Assembly (NCBI GenBank): GCA_001179505.1
Contig: CDMY01000850.1
Coordinates: forward strand, 62,001 to 126,000
Direction: 5' to 3'
Source: Vitrella brassicaformis CCMP3155
Lineage: Eukaryota; Protista; Chromerida
Length of the DNA stretch: 64,000 nucleotides
The notes beneath the pieces were generated by a model. It had not been told where the DNA came from and ran no database searches. It saw only the letters and a program-made list of their open reading frames with translations. Shown here one piece after another: positions 59,972-64,000 of this stretch. The translations under genes and the position numbers were made by a program. Position 1 is the first letter of the stretch. The number at the start of each line of letters is the position of its first letter.

Positions 59972-61404
59972 ATGGGGAATCAGGTGATCGTCAGCAGCAG
60001 CCAGGCTGTCTCGCCAGCAATTGGCAACGAGCAAATCGATTTCATCCACAGCCTGGGCCGGGATGCGCTTCACACCCTCGAGGACACCGGCAGCATCAGA
60101 TCCTCGGCCCTTTTCCTCGCACAGATAGACTTCTCACCCGCCGTCCTCCGGAGTCGCCTGGGGCGCTCACTCGCAGCAAAGGGGCTGGAGGGTGTGATCC
60201 AATTCGACCAACAGCTGGACGCGAAGCTGCTGCTGAAGGCCATCTGGCTGGTGGACACGCAGCGGTGGACGGAAGTGGCCAATGCGCTGAAGTTGGCGGC
60301 GCAGGGGGGCTTCTGCCAGCTGCCCATCACACTCGCTGTGGCGGACCTGGAGCGTCACAATAGCAAACAGGTGGGCAGATGAGCGAGGGGCGGGGGGGNN
60401 NNNNNNNNNNNNNNNNNNNNNNNNNNNNNNNNNNNNNNNNNNNNNNNNNNNNNNNNNNNNNNNNNNNNNNNNNNNNNNNNNNNNNNNNNNNNNNNNNNNN
60501 NNNNNNNNNNNNNNNNNNNNNNNNNNNNNNNNNNNNNNNNNNNNNNNNNNNNNNNNNNNNNNNNNNNNNNNNNNNNNNNNNNNNNNNNNNNNNNNNNNNN
60601 NNNNNNNNNNNNNNNNNNNNNNNNNNNNNNNNNNNNNNNNNNNNNNNNNNNNNNNNNNNNNNNNNNNNNNNNNNNNNNNNNNNNNNNNNNNNNNNNNNCC
60701 CCCCCGCCCACCCATACCACCCACACGCCATCGACGACAACCCGCCCGTCAGATCCACAATCCTCCGGCAGGGGGGCAGCTGGACGGCCGATGGTGAGGT
60801 GCTCACTAATGCCTCGGCATCGGCGTTCATCATGAGGACCATTACCACGGTCCCTCCACTGGCCAATTGGGGCAGGACTCCTCACGTTGCCGTGACCCGG
60901 TACGCAGGACACACCACACACATCCATCCATTTCTCCATCCATCAGGGCCTCTTCCCTCTGTTATGTGCTGGTCTCCTCAGGCGTGCTCACGGCGGAGTG
61001 CTGGACGGCCTCCTCAACCACTCGCCCCACCAGCCCCCCAACCGATGCACCGCCGTCATGGCGGCCAGGTTGGACAGCATGGATCCCCTGTAGAGATTCG
61101 GACTGTGCTGCTGACGCCATTCAACGGCCCATTTGTCGCATTGATCGATCTCGGCACCTTCGCCAACACGAACGCGGGTGAGGGAGGGGTCAGAGATCCT
61201 CTGTGTTGATTGAGCCATTCTTTGACGTGTGCTGTTTCGCTGCATGCAGTGGCTGTGTCCGTTAGCACCACCGAGCCGCCAGTGGGTGATGCATCGGATG
61301 CCTTCATGGATCGCCGGCCCGCCACCGCCCCTCTCATACGCGGCGTGTTGGAGCAGCCCATCGCAGATGTGCTCATCTATCAGGAAGAGGCACCTTACCA
61401 ATGA
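59972..61404 (+). pseudogene. Family copy 3 (more divergent): lacks intron 1 and the acidic tail, partly hidden by a gap, -1 frameshift in the penultimate exon
   Basis: MGNQVIV..DFIHSLGRDALHTLEDTGSIR..LLLKAIWLVDTQRWTEVANALKLA..SKQ. C4 run at 61085-61088 gives DPL* (TAG) instead of DPPVEIRTVLLTPF. Last exon VAVSVSTTEPPVGDASDAF..EAPYQ*. Confidence 0.75.
60399..60698. other. Assembly gap (300 N) between a G-run and a C-run
   Basis: The homologous segment in copy 1 (~595-790) is only about 200 bp, so the gap size is nominal. Confidence 0.99.
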
Positions 61405-61758
61405 AGGCTGGTAAGGCGAGCTGTGCGGTGGAAATGGAGTAGTGAATGGGGGCTGGGACCAATGAACGATATGGGCGTGTGCAGTGTTGCCGATACTGAC
61501 GGATGGATGGATGTCAAGGGACACTTCATATGTATGGACAATACAAATCAACCATGGCATGGTGGTTGACACACACAACTAGCACTTGACACACACATGA
61601 GAGAAATGGATGGATGGATCCTCACTTGACATGAAATGGTCCGTCAGTCAGAGGAAGCGTCCCTCGATGCACCACTTACACACACAGACATCCACTGTAC
61701 AAGCATCCATCCGTCGACAGCATAATCATGGCACCAAAAACACCACAGACAGCATCAC

Positions 61759-64000
61759 TCACACGAGTGGCAGCCTGGTCAGCATGCCCTTGCCCCCCAC
61801 CGGCCGACGGCGGGTGCCAACCGTGGTTGTCGTCGTGGTCAGGTCGCTCGGCTGGGGCTTGATCTCATAGGGGTACGCCAACGGGGCGTGGCTGAGCAGC
61901 GCACCGAGGCGGGAGATGCCCTGACAAGACAAAACAACACACACGATGGTCATCGGTGTCTGCCTGCGTGTGTGTTGTGTTGTCGGACCGACTCACCTGG
62001 CGCAGCCAGTTGTGCGTTTGTCTGAGAGAGGACCGGTATTGCACGGTGAAGAGCTCGTCGCAGTGGCGGAGAAAGCGGTAGAGCGTCTGGCGACCCTCCT
62101 CCAACCGAGAGGCAAAGGCGAGAATCTCAACGCTCCCTGACGACAGACAGACGAGTAGATGATACACACAAGAATGGGTCGACCATTGTATTGTGGGTTC
62201 TCGCGTACAAGTGAAGGTCATCTTGTGCAGGACGGTGACGAGGAGGCTGCACTGGTATGGCCGGCCCTGGTAAGCCAGCTTCACAATCAGCTTCTCCATC
62301 AAACGACACACGCACCGGGGACCGAGCCGCTCACCCTACACAGACACACACACACACACACATACAGAGGCCACATCCACCCACAACGGTATCTCTCTCT
62401 CCCCTCCCATGCTCACTCACATGTGAGTCGAGATATTTGAGCACGGTGTGTGACATCTTCAGCGGCGCACACGCGATATAAGCCATCAGCTCCACCACAT
62501 GCTGCTGGCCCTCGGGGAACCGCCTCTGCTGCAGCGGCCGGGGGCTAAGCGACGAGGGCCCGTCGAACCGCTTGGGTGAGGGCGAGGGCGAGCCGGGTGG
62601 CGATGGGGGGCTGGCAAAGGGGTCCGGCTGGGCCTTGAGGTTGTCCTCGATGATGTCCCTCAGGAGCTGGAACACGATGGGCGCGTGGGAGGGGTGGATG
62701 TCGCAGATGTCCTGCACGCAGACACACAGAGGGAGAGAGAGGTGGTGCCGGTCCGGTACGGTGTGGAAGTACAGTAGTTGTTGGTCCACCGGGGGGGCGG
62801 GCCGGGCTTACGGCGAGGAGCAGAGGGATGGTGGCGATGCGCTCCAGGGCCAGCAGGGGGTCGACATGGCCGTCAGAGGACTCCTCTGTCATGGCTATCT
62901 GACGCACGTAGCGAATGCACGCCTGCAGACGATGAGCACAGACATCCAGCCATGCCATGCAGTGCAGTGCAGTGCAGTGCTGGTCCGCTCGGTGTGGCGG
63001 CCTCACTCACCAGTGCGGCGAGCGGCGTCTGTATGGTCTTGCGCAGCAGCGCGACTTTGCAGTTCTTGCGCAGGTCGTCAGCCCAGATGATGTCACACAC
63101 CTGCACACACCGACACCGACACACATAGATATGTATGTCATCCGGTGCACCACCGTGTTTGTTTCTTTTGCTCATGTCCTCCAATCATCTCACATGTCTG
63201 TCACCTGGTTTAGCTCCTGCCTGCACCGCGCCCTCAGTGCGTCGAGCTGCCGCCTCAGCCGCCTCAGCGCCTTGGCCTCCTGCCGCTCCCTCTTGAGCGT
63301 CTTGACCTTCTGCAGCAGCTCACCGCGGTCGCGCGTCACGTCAAACTCGCCCCCAGGGAGGGGCAACACGTAGTAGCCCTTCCCTTTGCCCTTGCCCTTC
63401 CCCAAACCACCCATCATCCCCAAGCCCATGCCGCCCATGTCCATATTATCCGGGGCAGGCCATATGGGGGGCGGGAGAGCAGCAACGGCACCAGCAGCAG
63501 ACGGCTGGTTCTCATCAGGGATACCTGCTGCTGCTGGTGCTGCTGGCGGCGGGCTGCCCCCTCGCATCATCCTCATCCTGGACGAGTCGTCCTCGGCCGA
63601 CCACGAGCTGCGCGGCCGCCCCCCCTCCTCCGACGAGGGCACGTTGTCATGCAGCATGAGCGAGGGGCGGAAGGACGACGGACTCTCCTCGCTGGTTGGC
63701 TCCTCGCGCTCGCCGTAAGAGTTTCGGTTGTCCTGCGAGTCGCCCTCGTCCATCGAATCTGACACATCTCCTCCTGCGTGTCGGGGGCGCTTGAGCGGCG
63801 GCCCGCCCCCCAGGTGGTCGTCGTCATCTTCTTCTTCGCTGTCTGATCGAGCTCTGCGTGGCGGGAGGGGGGGCGGGAGGGGCTCGTTGCTGTTAGACGA
63901 CTCATCCGATGGGGTGAATGGGGGACACTCATTGTGGTCGACTGAGGCCATCGACATGGGCTGCGGGCCGCTCGCGGCATCGTCGCCCTCGTTGCCCTGC
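61759..64000 (-). CDS. NELF-C/D (TH1)-like C-terminal helical domain protein; 5' end lies beyond the window
   Basis: IQTPLAALACIRYV; DICDIHPSHAPIVFQLLRDIIE; HVVELMAYI..TVLKYL; RPYQCSLL; TLYRFLRHC are colinear with remembered human TH1L motifs. The frame stays open to the window edge. Confidence 0.55.

Noticed and set aside
1-64000. tRNA, rRNA or snRNA genes
   Set aside because: No cloverleaf or rRNA signature was recognised by eye. tRNAscan-SE/Infernal would be needed to exclude them.

Overview
Intron-rich eukaryotic genomic DNA. GC-rich exons, short introns full of (GT)n/(CTGT)n/(GATG)n microsatellites, occasional GC-AG donors and two ~300-N scaffold gaps suggest a chromerid alveolate such as Vitrella brassicaformis (inference from sequence style only). 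Most entries in the ORF track are microsatellite artefacts, so I spliced about 22 gene models by hand. Recognisable genes: a divergent cyclin, an MHYT membrane sensor, a secreted single-granulin protein, BBS8/TTC8, a DTW-domain tRNA acp-transferase, a bacterial-type 4-TM protein, an IQ-motif protein, an H1-like Lys/Ala tail fused to a ubiquitin-like domain, a secreted arylsulfotransferase, an S10 serine carboxypeptidase, a kinesin-3 ending in a CaaX box, a membrane-anchored DUF3179 protein and a NELF-C/D (TH1)-like protein cut by the window end. Three copies of an unrecognised Met-Gly-initiated gene family lie at ~0.1-2, 26-28 and 60-61.4 kb. All three are frameshifted in the same exon. The middle copy sits between short direct repeats inside a duplicated bidirectional promoter, which looks like a mobilised gene cassette. 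No rRNA, tRNA, CRISPR array or autonomous transposase/RT was seen. All homology calls are by-eye motif recognition; no database search was run.
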